From: Phoronis australis
Lineage: Eukaryota > Animalia > Phoronida
Assembly: GCA_002633005.1 (NCBI GenBank)
Contig: NMRA01000104.1
Location: 392,070-456,069 of the forward strand
Reading direction: 5' to 3'
Length of the DNA stretch: 64,000 bases
This document shows positions 12,160 to 24,435 of the stretch, one piece after another (the stretch's first letter is position 1; the number at the start of each line of letters is the position of its first letter). The notes beneath the pieces were generated by a model. It was not told where the DNA came from, did not search any database, and was given only the letters and a program-made list of their open reading frames with translations. A program made the translations under genes and the position numbers.

Positions 12160-13714
12160 CATAGGCGGATTTAGGGGGGGCAGGGGGCCCNNNNNNNNNN
12201 NNNNNNNNNNNNNNNNNNNNNNNNNNNNNNNNNNNNNNNNNNNNNNNNNNNNNNNNNNNNNNNNNNNNNNNNNNNNNNNNNNNNNNNNNNNNNNNNNNNN
12301 NNNNNNNNNNNNNNNNNNNNNNNNNNNNNNNNNNNNNNNNNNNNNNNNNNNNNNNNNNNNNNNNNNNNNNNNNNNNNNNNNNNNNNNNNNNNNNNNNNNN
12401 NNNNNNNNNNNNNNNNNNNNNNNNNNNNNNNNNNNNNNNNNNNNNNNNNNNNNNNNNNNNNNNNNNNNNNNNNNNNNNNNNNNNNNNNNNNNNNNNNNNN
12501 NNNNNNNNNNNNNNNNNNNNNNNNNNNNNNNNNNNNNNNNNNNNNNNNNNNNNNNNNNNNNNNNNNNNNNNNNNNNNNNNNNNNNNNNNNNNNNNNNNNN
12601 NNNNNNNNNNNNNNNNNNNNNNNNNNNNNNNNNNNNNNNNNNNNNNNNNNNNNNNNNNNNNNNNNNNNNNNNNNNNNNNNNNNNNNNNNNNNNNNNNNNN
12701 NNNNNNNNNNNNNNNNNNNNNNNNNNNNNNNNNNNNNNNNNNNNNNNNNNNNNNNNNNNNNNNNNNNNNNNNNNNNNNNNNNNNNNNNNNNNNNNNNNNN
12801 NNNNNNNNNNNNNNNNNNNNNNNNNNNNNNNNNNNNNNNNNNNNNNNNNNNNNNNNNNNNNNNNNNNNNNNNNNNNNNNNNNNNNNNNNNNNNNNNNNNN
12901 NNNNNNNNNNNNNNNNNNNNNNNNNNNNNNNNNNNNNNNNNNNNNNNNNNNNNNNNNNNNNNNNNNNNNNNNNNNNNNNNNNNNNNNNNNNNNNNNNNNN
13001 NNNNNNNNNNNNNNNNNNNNNNNNNNNNNNNNNNNNNNNNNNNNNNNNNNNNNNNNNNNNNNNNNNNNNNNNNNNNNNNNNNNNNNNNNNNNNNNNNNNN
13101 NNNNNNNNNNNNNNNNNNNNNNNNNNNNTTTTGTGCCATCAATTCTTAACAAATTTGTCGTATTTAAAATAGTCTTCAAATGCCCAAAAGACCAAATCCG
13201 TTTTTCGTGTTGGCAATAATGACGCCGGGGATTGCTTTGGAAATCGTCCTAAGATAAGGTTTGACAAAGAGAGTATTGCGAGTTTCTGAGTGATTCACTA
13301 AGGCTTCGATTAAAATTCACATCTTACCAGCAGCTTCTGTTTTTTCATCGTCACTCAGGTTCCATTTTCTTTAAAAAATGAAGTAAATATTCTTCATTGC
13401 ACAGTGGAGCAGACGACGGAAACGGAGTCGTAGTGCGCAGCGCCACTGCCGGTCGCCTAGGATATATCGGGAGATACTATACTTAGCCATAGTTCCGTTA
13501 CGAATGCGCTGTGTTCCGAATTTGACACTTGATATTGGATTTGACTCCCCCCAACACTAAAACTGCACACATTTAAATCTTTTTTCATCCGTATAATTTT
13601 AATTACCGGGGTTAAATAGTAAACTCAACATTTCCCTACGCTCTTACTGTTTTATTTTTTTTGCGGCAGCCAAAGGGGGCCGGGCGCCCAGGCCCCCCCC
13701 TAAATCCGCCTATG
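12160..13714. mobile_element. hAT-like MITE ends inside the intron of paralog A, spanning gap N 12191-13128
   Basis: CATAGGCGGATTTAGGGGGGG at 12160 and CCCCCCCCTAAATCCGCCTATG ending at 13714 are perfect inverted termini. The flanks do not form a matching TSD, so this could be two elements. Confidence 0.6.
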
Positions 13715-13995
13715 GTCTTTAAGGAATGCAACGTAGTAAGGTTCTCTCTGCGTTGGGATCACCATGACGTCAATTTCCCACTCGACATAGTCTATTTTCA
13801 GAATACTACACGTGAAACTTAGACGTATTCGCATATGTGCAAAAAATTAAACAACTGTAATTTTTGAAACACTATTTGGAATACAGTCCGATGGACTTAC
13901 GTTCCCACAAATATGGTAACAGTGGCTACAAGAACATTTAGGACCAGAATTTCCATATTACTGTAGCTGTCTGCACCAGTTCAAGATTACCTTAC

Positions 13996-14992
13996 CTGGG
14001 CAGAGGAGAGTGTCGTGGAATCCACTTTTAGCCAGTTGTTTTCGCTGGTTTCGTAAATCAAGTGCAGTTTGTCTGCATGCAGACAAATTTTCTCGGAGAT
14101 TTGTTGTGACCTCGTTAGAGTGGTTCAGTTTACGATGACATGCCTGTTTTAAGCTTTCGGTCATATTGGCTTCTGCATCACAACTGTTAAGTTTCGCAAT
14201 CACGTTTTCCATCCTAACCTGGAGACGCCTGAAGAGAATCCATTGTTTATTGAAGCGACCTTTATAATTTTGTGCCTTTGACGTCTCCGCCGCTAAGTCG
14301 TCTTTACACCAATCCCAATTTCTGGTCGCATGGTACAATTCCAATGTCGACTTCTCTCGAGAAGCATTGGACTGAGTCCAAACATCATTTAACTGTAAAC
14401 TGCAATTGTTGGACAGAGATTCAAAATAATTCCTGTTTGAAGCGGTGGTATTAAGTTCAACTTCGAGAGATTTAATTTTATCGTTTCTGGCAAGAACTTT
14501 TGCCATCAGTCGATTATTCTCCTCCTCCATCCCCTCTATTGTATTCTTAGTCAGCCCCGCCATCTTCTTCTCCAAAGCATCTAATCTCAGCTCGCATACA
14601 CTGTTCCCGCTTGATATTCGTCTCAGTGCTTGTGAGACTTGCAGTTGAAAGTTGCTCAGCAATTTTGCATTCACTGCCACATTTATGTCAACAGCGTTTC
14701 CCTTCTTAGTTAATTCTTCAACCGCTTCCTTCATTTCTTGCATGTCAGCTGCTGGGACATTATGTCCATTTCCATTACCCGGCGATCCCTGCTCACTGAT
14801 CCCTCTTCGAAAGTTACCGTTGAGGTTGTCGTTAGTATTGAGGTATATATTGTAATTGCATTTTCCGCCAGGTAGAATACAAGAGGCTCCGTGCACCGTG
14901 GTGTGTTTAGTGTGTTTATCGCCATTGGATTCTCCAAATACTTCTCCATAACTTGCTAGCAAACATACACAACTTACTACAAACCATTCCAT
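13996..14992 (-). CDS. Olfactomedin-domain protein paralog A, coding exon 1 (signal peptide, Cys motif, coiled coil); spliced CDS 997+818 nt = 604 aa
   Basis: ATG at 14992 begins the hydrophobic MEWFVVSCVCLLASYGEVFG. GGKCNYNIYL resembles the myocilin N-terminal GRCQYTFSV. A heptad-rich helix follows. Donor CCAG|GTAAGG (phase 1) joins in frame as LLCP-A-HPLSSIEL. Confidence 0.9.
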
Positions 14993-15193
14993 GATGGCAA
15001 CTAAAACGGTCAAAATCGCACGTCTTTATATAGTGCTATGGCATTACGAGGGGGGGTATCCAAATCTTATAATGTCAGAAGCGTGTTAGTATTTTAAAAA
15101 CCCAGCTCGTTATACAGGTTTGTAATTCTACATCTATATTTTGTTTTCGTAAGTACGTAGCCTTATATTCTTGAATGAAAATGGTTTTAAGCA

Positions 15194-15401
15194 ATTGCAA
15201 TGAATCGATCTACCTTTCTCGACTCGCCTCGGTTTTGTAACTACTTTCTATGTCAGAGGCCCGGGGTCGGAGGTCGTGACCTTTTAAGAAAAGCCGAGCT
15301 ATTTTTGTCAAACAATGCTTTCACTCAAAACCAATTGAAAAATAAAACAAAATAGAAATAAAGTGAATCTATAAATTAAGGTTTAGCAACTATTATAGCT
15401 T
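15194..15401. mobile_element. Fragment of the foldback element found intact at 52220-52919
   Basis: ATTGCAATGAATCGATCTACCTTTCTCGACT...GGTCGGAGGTCGTGACC...AAGGTTTAGCAACTATTATAGCTT matches an arm plus the central spacer of that element. Confidence 0.85.
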
Positions 15402-15712
15402 ACTACACAGTTTATCACGCTAAGCTTCGACCGGGAAAATATCGTCTGTTAAGTAGGTTACCACTAGTAACTGACTATAATGCTCAAGTCAAAGGATCCC
15501 GACGATACGATACCCGCATTCTAATTGAAGATCGGTGATTTACAAATGAGAGAACACGAGAGAAAAATTTCATTGAATTAAAATATCATTTTTATAGAAA
15601 CTATGCGTCTTATTTTTTATAGCGTATAACTGTCGGTGCAGTGCCCTTTGCTGAACATGCAATTGTTGCGCGTGCTCATTTAAGTATTCTATTTTCACGC
15701 TCGGTGACGTCA

Positions 15713-15785
15713 ACCGCTGAGTGGTGTAGTGGTAAAGTCGACGACTCGAAAGTCTTGAGGCCCGGGTTCGAATCCGGCCTCGGTT
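15713..15785 (+). pseudogene. tRNA-derived sequence (SINE head or tRNA pseudogene)
   Basis: Pol III A box TGGTGTAGTGG and B box GGTTCGAATCC at tRNA spacing. The T-arm CCGGG/TTCGAAT/CCGG is nearly intact, but the acceptor and anticodon stems are mismatched. Confidence 0.7.
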
Positions 15786-16355
15786 TCCCGCCAAAATGTT
15801 AACTAAATGGGTTATTACAAGGTTGTGACTGCCATTCGACGCTAATATTCGGGTATAAAAGTTTGTTCATAAAATCGTTAAACTCACTGTACATGTCTCA
15901 ATCGTCATAGCCAATTTTGAAATTGCTAAAATTTGTTCCGGAATTTGTGGCCTGAAGCGTCATCATTTGCCCAAACTGTGACAACAATTTGTGAATAAGA
16001 CAATTTAGGCCAGCATTATATGGAGAAATTTTTACTTCATCACTTGTGTGTAGGTACAGACGCGTTCTCCATTATATGCGCAAAAGCACAAAACACTTAT
16101 TGTTTATAACTGGTGTAGACATGTACAGTAGCTAGGACTATACAATTACTCCCAGGCAATAGCAGCGGATCTGTATGCAGGGGCTCAGGGGCTTTGACCC
16201 CTGCGGGTCAAAAGTTGGAGAAATAGCAGTGGTTGTAGTTATTTACAAGTGAGTTTCAAAATTCAACCATATCTACTTCTGACCTTTAAAGAGTTTCACA
16301 ATGACCCTGTGCCTAAAAACGAAAGAATGTTATTAATACATCTTAAGAGATTTAA

Positions 16356-18037
16356 AGGAGAATGCCACCCGATTTAATTAGTCTTTTTTGCCGTCATAAT
16401 CGGTCTATATCCACTTCTCCTCGCACACGGTCGACCTTGCCTTGCCAAGAGGTGTAGCGTTAACCTGTGAGGAAGTTGAGAAACGACGCTAGCGACGTCA
16501 GTGGTTCATATGCAGAGTGAATGCCGCTATGTTGCGGTGCATCGTTCCGGCTTGTCCGAACTAAGCAGCTGCGAGGAAAGCGGGTATATCGTTTTTTACT
16601 TCCTCGAGAGTCCAAAATGCTTAGGAAGTGGCTCATGGTAGTGAAGAATGAAATGTACGCCGTAAGTAGCAGGTATGAGGCCGTGAAACATCTCCGTGTC
16701 TGTGGCCTGCAGACGTTGACAGTGCCTGACGAATGCCGGCTTACCAAATAACTCCATACGTTCCGTTGTCTTAGCTTGTTCACGGCGCCTCTCTAGTATT
16801 TCTTCATCACTGCATTCCTGTTCGAATTGATAGCCTGTAAAACTTAACGATCCACCTGTGAAGTCGGGACTGATGAGCTCTAACTCGTCGTAAGTCGGGA
16901 TTGCGAGTTGCCATTTTGGCGTTTATTAATGAGCGTTCTGTTTCAAAATGAATTATTCTCACCCTAACCAATACTTATATAAAACTGAAACACAGTCTGT
17001 CTCATTAGATGCAATTTGCAATGCCTTTGGAGTGTTCGTGAGTGCAAATGATTTGAGAAGCCAGCAATGAATAAATCACTGCGTTTCCGGCTTTAGGTGC
17101 AATAAAACTAATTGACGGGACACCGAGGCCGTGTGAGCTCATGCTAATTTAGTGTTCGTTGGCAGAAACTGTTGTGAAACAACTCGATTTCCATCCCACG
17201 GCCAGGTGTTAGGATAATCTTTATTTACATTTACATTACTCAAATAATGATTGTCAATGTACATTTTCTGCCCTGACGGTGCTGTAGCCAGAAAGCGGTA
17301 CCAGAATTCGCGGCCCCTGACGAGTAAGTAGATTTGCAGTTTCGTGGCTAATTCACCATCATAATCAGGTGCGCATTACTTTGGCTCACTAGTATAGTAT
17401 TTTCTTGCCTGGAAGTTTAGTTTCCACTGAACTTTGGCTGGTTTATGTTCGTGATGTCTGATCAGTTTCCGAGCCACTGGCCGGGATAACGAGTCACTGA
17501 ATCCGTCCGGGCGCGACGGGCGTGATCGGGCTCCGAGCCAATGGCCAGGATAACAAGCGTTTTGTGGTTAGAACTCAAAAAATCACAAGTCTGAACAACA
17601 CAGATCTAGGTTCTCCTGTCTGTATCTCACGGAAAATACTTCGAAATTATCTCCGAACAGACCCCAAACTCCTGCTACGGACCTTATTGTCCTGCCGAAC
17701 TTTGTAGGCTACGGTGTGTCCAAATACCAATAAATCCGTAAGAGCGAAATAAAACAAAACGTTTTTGTAAGAACTCGGTGTATTTTTAAGAGTTTTACAT
17801 CGAAGTTTGATGATTTATTGGTGTTAAACGATGACTTCAAGCGATAAGCTGACACCAGTAACCCGTGTTGTGAACTGCTGAACAGACTGTGTGTGAAACC
17901 GATGACGTCATTGGATATTTTCAACACCTCCGTCTGCCGTCAGGTGTCAGGTAACGCAACCGTACGTTTCGTTATGGAGTAGAACTACTCGATCTAAATT
18001 GATACAAATTACGTTGTTTTTTGGGTGGCATGCTCCT
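16356..18037. mobile_element. Kolobok-like non-autonomous DNA transposon with a degenerate THAP ORF
   Basis: TTAA|AGGAGAATGCCACCC ... GGGTGGCATGCTCCT|TTAA gives TIRs plus a TTAA TSD. ORF 16521-16751(+) MPLCCGASF...LPRESKMLRKW...LRVCGLQ is THAP-like. Confidence 0.8.
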
Positions 18038-19537
18038 TTAATAGCCGCCTTGGGTATTCCTGTTGCTAAGAAACAAGCCAAAAATTAAAGAACAACTTCT
18101 GTTATCGGGGTTGTACGTAATGGATGGATGACCATCTCCGCCATTATTGATTTAACCAGTGCGTCACTGAGGAGTTGTGAGGAACGGAAGTCCGCGGATA
18201 CCCGCCTTTTTCAAACGCGAAAATGCGCGTTTGTGGAGGCTTAAAAACAGCAACTTGACCGAGAACGTCTCTGAAAGTTCCATAGAAATGACATCGGTTT
18301 GTGCGTTGTAGGCGAGAGTGTGGAATGTCAGCGTTGGGCCTGCGATTCAGTCAAAGCCACCCTCTGCGATGGCGACGCTTCCGAAAATACCAATGAGCGT
18401 GAATCGTGTCTTGCAGTTTGGGGGAGGGGTGTCCTAAGTTGTCAAACTTATTCCAAAATATGGTTTGCGCAAGAAATTTGTTGCACTATATTGTATACAT
18501 ACACAAAACGTACCCAGAGTGGCGTACACGAAGTAATATCCCACGTGACATTATTCTGCATATTGTTTGCCGGGGTCCATAGAACAAATATTCTTCTGTA
18601 GCTATACCTACATGTACTGTGTCATTAAATACTCATTGTGTCTATGGGTGGATACAGTGTACAGTAGTCTATGGGCATCTATAGTCAGAATCCGTGAAAT
18701 AGGTGTGCACGTGTACACCTGATATGTTCATGAATACGTTTACTATTCATGGCACATCTACAATTTACATGAAATGGGTGTATCCGTAAACATTATGATA
18801 CCCTTAGATTCGCCGACGTACATCCAATACGAAAGTCAACAGTTTTTGCTTCACTTAAAAGTCGGGCGTGGACTGAGCCGGGTTCCTCTTGAACTTGGTC
18901 GTGGATCGACTAGTCCATTTCAAATCATCTAAGCCAACTTTCAGTTTGATCATTGGGCTTCTTTTATAATCTATGATTACAAGGTATATATGCCAACAAA
19001 TCTTGCCCCCCCCCCGATTCAGTGTGACCGACGCAAAACATTTTAATGATTCTCACATTTGAGTCCAGTGATGAGTGCTTTAGGAAGACCTGCTTGACAT
19101 ATTTTGCTCACAATTGAAACTAATGTATAGTGCTATCATCATTAACAATAACCACGCCTACATGTATATCTCAGGATACTGGAGCGGTGGTGATAATAAT
19201 GTCATTTATTCCAGCTTACCCGTACTGATAGTTTTGCCCTGATAGGATTAAAAACCAAATTAATTGTGATTCGAAAACAGATTAATTTCTATGATACTAT
19301 TAATGAAAAAGAAGTGAAAACATGTAGGCGAACAACCTTTATTTCAAACAATATCAAAACAATATGCCTTCTGCTTCATGAATGGCAGCAACAACGCCTG
19401 TGGAAATAATTAAAATCTGCCTTTGTTCTAATGATGTCAAGGCAGCGGCCAATCATTGTGCAGAAGGTAATTCCCATAACCAAGCCTCAAATAGCCTAAA
19501 CCGATCAGCGCCGTCTTGAGGCTTGGGGACGAGGCTG

Positions 19538-20100
19538 TCTAAGATCAGGCACGGACCAATTGGAATGCGGAATAGGGTCACGCTCTCTGCCAACTTATTT
19601 CGACACTTGTCTTGTTCTTATAGCTCCGCATTGAAAAATGAAACATTTCAAAAACTATTACTAAAAGTCTTTTGGAGAACTTAGTGCATAAAACATAGTA
19701 CAGCATCTGAAAGTTTAATAAGAATCTTTCCAACCATTTCTGAGATATGGTGTTCCGAAATTGGACATTTTCGTGGGGTCCTACAATGTACATCACCTTA
19801 AATTGTCATTATTGGCGAGAAAAGTAATTTTCTGAAACTAGCCCTAGCGCGGATACTAACCATGAACCTTCACGTTCGCAGCCAAACATATGGAAAGTCA
19901 ACATGTTTTTTGAGAACGCGTGTATTCGGCACTCGTTCATTCTTTTAAATGCAGCTGTTAAAATGCCCCAAGATAATATTTTATCAATAATTACGCATTG
20001 AATAGTTACATGTGAAACCATTAGGTCACCACTTGCATCATTCTCTGCAAACATCCACATTAAAAGAAAAAATCCATAATAACTATAAACTGGATTGCAA
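19538..20100 (+). repeat. ~560-bp block homologous to 26254-26799, upstream of both olfactomedin paralogs
   Basis: Colinear matches GACCAAT.GGAATGCGGAATA..GTCACG, CATTTCAAAAACTATTACTAA, GAACCTTCACGTTCGCAG and AAACATCCACAT.AAAGAAAAAATCCATAA..AACTGGATTGCAA. Confidence 0.85.
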
Positions 20101-23100
20101 CAAACAAGATAGTGAAAAGCCTAAGCAGCTGCATGTATAGTACTCCGTTTGTTGCTCAATTGTTAGTGAACCTTTTTTAATTTTGAAGTGGTTGAAGCTG
20201 GGAAACACGATATACCTACTCAGTGTATAACGCCTGTAATTTGGTACGACTGACTTCCTGTGACATGACTGAATGATTCTTTTCAGTATTAGACACTAAA
20301 AAGACCTGAGCCGAGTTCATTAACACTAGTACCTTGCAAGATATCGCGAGTTTTTGTGAGATTTTACCGTGTATTTTCAATGAGAGCACGTGATTTTGGC
20401 ACGATTTTTTTGCTCAGTTAGCTACTCTCATGTCACCAGCTGCAGGGCTGAATTAAGTAATTGCGGGACCCACAGCATATAAAGGTCGAAGGGCGGGGCT
20501 CCGCGCATACATGTATGTTCGTACAACGATTATCTCAAAGCAAAAGCAAAATAGGATTCATTTCCGCTTTTGAGAAGGAAAGCAAAATGAGACAGCTTCA
20601 ACACAGATTTAGCAATGTTTTAAAACACTTAGGGCCACCGCAAACGATGAGGTAAAGGCCACTCGGCGGAGCTGTCTGTTTCAACTGAGTTTACAATAGT
20701 TAAGCTGACAGGCCATGCCAAGGCGTAAAATTACAACAATTGAATGACCTGTATCCATTGAATGAACTGGTTCATTGATATGAGCTGTCGACTCAGCTGC
20801 GGTGTTCCCTATGTATGTATTCGTTCAGCTTATAATCGACACTTTCTGTACACGTACTTCTCACCAGCGAAATTACCTAAAAGATTATGTCTAATACTTA
20901 CTTGTGCGAGGCAGCTTGTCTGTCCCATGTTGGTTGATGATCTCATTTTTTACCAGTCTAAGTTTTGAAAATGAACGTTCGCTGCAAGAATTAATAACGG
21001 TGAGATACAGGTAGATTTCGGCATTTGAAAAACACGACTTCGGGGCTGTTGTCAGTTATAAACCGATACAGTTGCATCTCTGCTGGATCGTGGGGGCGTT
21101 TGTGGACTAGATTAGATGAGACTGTAACTCTTTCGTCGGCCATAACGCTAAATCGTCGTGAGAGACCGTCCGGAGTTGATATATGATGCAACACCGTACG
21201 GTCTGGGCTCAACAGAAAACCATAGTTCTACTGTGAGTTTACACCAATGTGATAAACGGGAGTAGTTCTACTTGCCGCATCAGCTGCAGGTATCATTATC
21301 TGTTTTATGACAAACAACATGTGACTGGGCAGAGCCTTCTCAAATTATATTGTAGAAAATCCAGTGGAGCGTGAGACCCCTGAGGTCCCTGTCAAGTCCT
21401 CACGGCAACTCCACGTTATGTGTTAATGTTTGCAGCATTCGAAGTGATCCAGATATATTCTGCAAACTTCCATAGCCTTCTTCGCTGTTTGACAGAACAG
21501 CAAGCAAGCTAACTGCCAATGTTTCACGAACTATACGGGCACTCTGGTTTTAAATCTCCAAGGCGGAGTTTGGGATTTAACGACTGGGTCGTGATTGCCG
21601 GAAGCTCAATTTCGTTTTCTTTATCTGCCAATATGCTGTTAGCTCAATGTACAATCAGTCAGCAGCTTTACCCGAAATAAGTCGCGAAGTTCTCAATCAG
21701 CCAAACCTCTCGAAGTTATTTTTCGCATCAGTCAAAATTGTTATTAAAACTATCCCCAAGTAAAAATATGTTAACATCTTTTATACTTAAAAGCATTAAT
21801 ATATTTACGACACAGCAATTAATGACGGCAATTGCAGCCGGGTTACTACGAAGGTTCATTACTCCAAAGATTTTTTTTTCGGAGTACAGACCAAGACGTA
21901 GTAAAGACGCGTTGTGTTCTTATTCAGAAGGGCCTATATTCCGAAAGGTCATTTTATTTCGTATGAATGAGTCTTCACAGCCTAACGCTGCGCTGTGATT
22001 TGCACGTCGTCAGCTAGCTAAGCCTACTTAATTTACCACTTTGATTGAGCTGTGCCTCTTCATATACTGAGCCTTTGGCTCGTAACTGGTTTCGTCTGGG
22101 TGTTGCGACAACACTACCACTGGGCAAAGCTAGGTGTTGGTGAAATTGGACGATTTCAAGATAATTCGCACACCGCTAATCTAGAGACCCGCGCTTGTGT
22201 CAAGCATGATAACAAGAATACTACCTTTCAGATTTTGTCGCTCCGCGTATTTTAACAAAACCCAAACTGTAAATTCAAGTATGGCTAAAAAAGCAATGAA
22301 TGCATAGCGCAATGGCAAGTCCCTGAAATCTTTTTTTTCTATGCACGCTTAAGTTTTTAACACAACTTACTGAGGCCCCGCACCCTCGGCTCTAACACCA
22401 ATTTTCCATATCAAGTTCGCATCACTTGGTGATAGTTCTACCATAGGCATAGAAACATCAGCATACGTTTCTGATATTAGTGCATCTAAAAATGCTGTTT
22501 GCGAGAGCCCCAAAAACCTTGGGACCCGCAGCATACATGTAACTTCTGCTACGTTGTTAATCCGGAACTGAGCCCCTGATAGATTATTTCCTATCTTCGC
22601 CACTCAGTCGGGTATTATCGCACTTTTGCCAAAAAAAAATGTTTTTCTTCTCCAGAGACCAACCCATTTCAGCTTCTTTTCTCCTGAGTTCTTTTCTCGT
22701 GAACGGTATCTGTCCCCAGCTGTAGTATGCAGAAAGATAAGCACTTCCCGTGAGGTGTCGAAAACTTATTTTTTCTCATTAACTGAAATTGTGTGACGGT
22801 TCATGAGACAGAGATGAAGTTCGATGGAAAAGATTTGCGCTTTATGTCGATGAAAACAACATCATTGACGAGAACGTTTGTGCACGAGGGAAGACCATTG
22901 TCTATTCGACGTTAAAACTACACGTGCAATAAAACGCTCAGGAGTCGCTACGATCTCAAAATTTCCATTTATATGAATTTGTAACAAATCGGAACTAAAT
23001 CAAATACGAAAATATGAATAACGTATCCACAATTTCGCCACGACTTCCCACGCTTCCATGTTTTACCATTTCGTTGCCAGTGAGAAGAAAATCTATGTAT

Positions 23101-23128
23101 CATCTATCTATCTGTCTGTCTGGATGTG

Positions 23129-23161
<33 letters not shown>

Positions 23162-23274
23162 CTTTCTGTCTGACTGTCTGTCTGTCTGTCCATCTATCTA
23201 TCTATCCATCCATCCATCCATCCATCCATCCATCCATCCATCCATCCATCCATCCATCCATCTATCTATCAATC

Positions 23275-23333
<59 letters not shown>

Positions 23334-23378
23334 CTATCTATTTATCTATCTATCTATGTATCTATCTATCTGTCTATG

Positions 23379-23449
<71 letters not shown>

Positions 23450-23530
23450 TTATCTATCTATCTATGTATCTATCTATCTGTCTATATACCTATGTACCTG
23501 TCTGTATTTATATATATATATGTATATATT
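23101..23530. repeat. Compound tetranucleotide microsatellite (TGTC)n(CATC)n(TATC)n with a (TA)n tail
   Basis: Read directly from the sequence. Confidence 0.97.
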
Positions 23531-23617
23531 ATGTGTTTAAATCTAGGGCGAGTTGGTTTAATTATAATGTAAGAGAGTCCAGTTCCGTTACCTGTTCAAC
23601 AGGTACCGCTATACAAG

Positions 23618-24435
23618 TCATTCGAATATCAGTGAGTATGAAACGAGGTGCTTGTTTTCCCAGCCATAGAGGAGTTTGTCTTCAAAGTCATAGTGCAAAT
23701 GGACATTGTAGTTGAATCTATTGGGATAGAACACAGTGTTCTGGGCGTCTTTGTCTATATGTTTAACGTCTCCCGTTAGCGTGTTGAACGTATGCTTGAT
23801 AAAGGTGGGTTGAGCGTGTGGGTTGTCAGTCACGTACAGCGTTCCACACACGAAGAACGCGTTTCCAGCGTATTTGGTAACATTACTGAGGTTCCAGGTT
23901 TTCTCCACTTCAAATGTCGTCTTATTCAACCTCTTCACTCGCATCTTACATGTCTTATAGTCATCGCCGGCACCGTAGATAACGTAAATACCCAGCTCGT
24001 CTATCTCGATATCTACATCAGAGAAGCCTCCCCACTTGTACGGGCATCCGTTCTTGTAGCCTATTTTTTCAGTAGAACCCTGTTGAAGGTCAGTGTTGTC
24101 AAACAGTTCAATGCGTTTTATCAGTCGTGGAGGGTTGTAGCTTAAGTTCCATGCATTTACTAATAGTTGTTGTGCGCTCAGGCAGAAGAACGTATTGTTA
24201 TACATATTATGCTGGCTCCCAATACAGGACTCAGAGAGATTAAACGTCGTCCCGTTGAACTTCTGCTCCAAGTCGTCCAACGACTTAAATCTTACCAGAG
24301 TTCTGGTGTATTTGTCATAGCCATCCATCACCCAATACGCTCCATCATTCGTTAATGGGTCCCGACCCCAATAGCCTTGAATTTCGGATCGTTCACCGAT
24401 GTGCTTCTTTAATTCAATCCTTGACAAAGGATGAG
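23618..24435 (-). CDS. Olfactomedin-domain protein paralog B, coding exon 2 (OLF domain)
   Basis: Same OLF motifs as paralog A, ~87% aa identical (34 differences in 269 by my count). Acceptor TTCTTTTTCTGCAG ends at 24436, phase 1. Confidence 0.93.

Noticed and set aside
12154-13179. 341-aa and 323-aa ORFs
   Set aside because: Almost entirely N.
13989-13991. Alternative donor AAG|GTAATC 5 nt downstream, present in both paralogs
   Set aside because: Phase 0 would frameshift the OLF exon; the upstream phase-1 donor gives the intact protein.
16861-16910. CTGATGAG suggesting a hammerhead ribozyme
   Set aside because: No stem II followed by GAAA, and no closing stems.
23014-23715. 233-aa and 160-aa ORFs (IYLS/HPSI repeats)
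   Set aside because: Translations of the tetranucleotide microsatellite.
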